Assembly (NCBI RefSeq): GCF_032191835.1
Contig: NC_083240.1
Span: forward strand, 40,176,001-40,240,000
Source of the DNA: Heteronotia binoei
Taxonomy: Eukaryota
Direction: 5' to 3'
DNA length: 64,000 nt
Below, one piece after another: positions 62,066 to 64,000 of this stretch. A program made the position numbers and the translations under genes. Position 1 is the first letter of the stretch; every line of letters begins with the position of its first letter. Under the pieces are notes generated by a model. That model made no database searches, was not told the origin of the DNA, and saw only the letters and a list, made by a program, of their open reading frames with translations.

Positions 62066-62429
62066 CAGGGGTGACCAAATCTGCTTAATGTAAGAGCCAT
62101 GTAGAACAAACATCAGATGTTTGAGAGCTGTAAGACGTGAATGTCAGGGGTTGGTAGGAAGGAAGGAAGGAAGGAAGGAAGGAAGGAAGGAAGGAAGGAA
62201 GGAAGGAAGGAAGGAAGGAAGGAAGGAAGGAAGGAAGGAAAATGGGGAGGGTAGGTGGAAAGAAAGCAACTTTAAATGCATTCTCCAAGCCACCTACTGG
62301 CTTGAAGTGATTTAAAGAGACAAATGCCTCCTCTAGGTCAACCAACAGGGTGGTGAGAGCTTCAAGAGCCACACAATATGTGTGAAAGAGCCACCTGTGG
62401 CTCCCAAAGCCACAGTTTGGTCACCCCTG
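62066..62429. mobile_element. hAT MITE carrying a (GGAA)n microsatellite (62156-62240)
   Basis: TSD atataaac/gtataaac. Confidence 0.8.
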
Positions 62430-62464
62430 GTATAAACGTAAAGAAATAAAAGGGAAACTCACTG

Positions 62465-63230
62465 AAAATGTCTAGACAGTGTGCGATTGCAATAAAAAAG
62501 GCCAATGACATCCTGGGAATTATTAGGAAGGGAACTGAAAACAAATCAGCCAGTATCATAATGCCCCTGTATAAATCAATGGTGCAGTCTCATTTGGAAT
62601 GCTGTGTAAAATTCTGGTCACCGCACCTCAAAAAGGATATTATAGCATTGGAAAAAGTGCAGAAAAGGGCAACTAGAATGATTAAAAGTTTGGAACACTT
62701 TCCCTATGAAGAAAGGTTAAAACGCTTGGGGCTCTTTAGCTTGGAGAAACGTCGACTGTGGGGTGACATGATAGAGGTTTACAAGATTATGCATGGGATG
62801 AAGAAAGTAGAGAAAGAAGTCCTTTTCTCCCTTTCTCACAATACAAGAACTCATGGGCATTCAATGAAATTGCTGAGCAGTCGGGTTAGAACTGAAAAAA
62901 GAAGTACTTCTTCGCCCAAAGGGTGATTAACATGTGGAATTCACTGCCACAGGAGGTGGTGGCGACTATAAGCGTAGACAGCTTCAAGAGGGGAATAGAT
63001 AAGCATATGGAGCAGAGGTCCATCAGTGGCTATTAGCCACAGCTTATTGTTGGAACTTTCTGTCTGGGGCAGTGATGCTCTGTATTCTTGGGTTTTGGGG
63101 GCACAGTGGAAGGGCTTCTAGCCCCACTGGTGGACTTCTTGTTGGCACTTTTATGGCCACTTTGTGACACAGAGTGTTGGACTGGATGGGCCATTGGCCT
63201 AATCCAACATGGCTTCTCTTATGTTCTTAT
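62465..63230 (+). mobile_element. CR1 LINE 3' fragment (ORF2 C-terminus plus 3' UTR)
   Basis: PLYKSMVQSHLECCVKFWSPHLKKDIIALEKVQKRATRMI. Confidence 0.9.
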
Positions 63231-63529
63231 GGGATTTTGACCTGAGCTGGATAGTCTAGGTGAGCCTGATCGAGTCAGGTCTCAGAAGCTAAGCAGGGTT
63301 GACTCTGGCAAATACTTCGATGTAACACCTCCTGGAATACCAGGGCGAGAGGCAGAGGCAGGCTACAATCATCACCTCCCTGAATACCCTCCAGGCTCCC
63401 AGTAGGGGTCAATCACCAAAGGTCGCCACGACTTCCACGTGTGAGCTCGCTCTCTCAAACACATACACACAGAGAGAGAAAAAAAAGGGATTATTTCAAG
63501 CATGGGCAGTGAGTGTAACGATGGAAAGG

Positions 63530-63966
63530 GCAAGGGACCGTTACGTCAGTTTTATTTTCAAAAAAAGAGGGAGAGGCGGCCGCGACAGCACGGGGCCTCC
63601 TGACGTCACTGCAACCCCTCCTCCCCTCTTTTTGGCACCCCTTCAGTCTCTTCTCCGGACCGGGCGCCCCAGCCAATCCGTTGCTCCCCCCCCCCCTCCC
63701 GACCAATCCGCTCGGCGAGCGCGCTCGCGAGGACCTTCTCCGCCCGCCCTCCTTCCTCTCCCCCCACCTGTTCGCGGGGATTTGGCGCCTGCGCAGTGGG
63801 GCGGGGAGGCCGGGCCGGGCGTCCGGCGGAGGTGGTGTCGCTGTGAGGCGCGCTCGGGCTCCCTCAGTGCGGCCGCGGGAGAGCGCGAGGAAGCCGAGCC
63901 GGGTGGCGGCTTCGGATTGACGCGACGCGACGCCCCTCAGCTTTCCGGCCTCGGAGGGGGAAGGCC
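63530..63966 (+). promoter_or_regulatory. GDPD1 CpG-island promoter / 5' UTR
   Basis: TGACGTCA (CRE) at 63601, TTACGTCA at 63541, CCAAT at ~63673 and ~63703, GGGGCGGGG at ~63798. Confidence 0.65.
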
Positions 63967-64000
63967 ATGTCGACCGCCCTTTATGTCCTCTCCACGCTGG
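63967..64000 (+). CDS. GDPD1: GDPD1 start (truncated by window edge)
   Basis: MSTALYVLSTL resembles human MSSTAAFYLLSTLGG; expected synteny after SMG8; only 11 codons visible. Confidence 0.8.
   Translation, partial: MSTALYVLSTL

Noticed and set aside
2019-62559. Numerous 60-150 aa ORFs in the track (for example VLERAAAVRALSAPPTSQG..., MLDQANGPSSPTLCVTQW...)
   Set aside because: Recurrent translations of SINE, CR1 3' UTR and MITE sequence

Overview
Vertebrate genomic DNA, very likely from a gecko-type squamate (inferred from its SINE and MITE families), syntenic with human 17q22. Gene order: SKA2 (minus strand; coding exons 1-2 present, remainder off the left edge), a CCAAT-rich bidirectional promoter, PRR11 (plus; 9 coding exons, about 343 aa), SMG8 (plus; 4 exons, about 1014 aa), and the first codons of GDPD1 at the right edge. 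SKA2 intron 1 holds miR-130c-type and miR-301a hairpins. PRR11 intron 4 holds a full-length, inactivated DIRS1-type retrotransposon with intact terminal repeats and ICR. The rest is dense in tRNA- and 5S-derived SINEs, CR1/L2/BovB/Penelope fragments and hAT MITEs. The most unusual element is an inverted repeat with ~227-bp arms in SMG8 intron 2, each arm carrying a type I hammerhead ribozyme-like core that is identical between otherwise diverged arms. All calls were made by eye from sequence and recalled homologs; no search or folding was run. Exon boundaries were checked by hand for frame; repeat boundaries are approximate.
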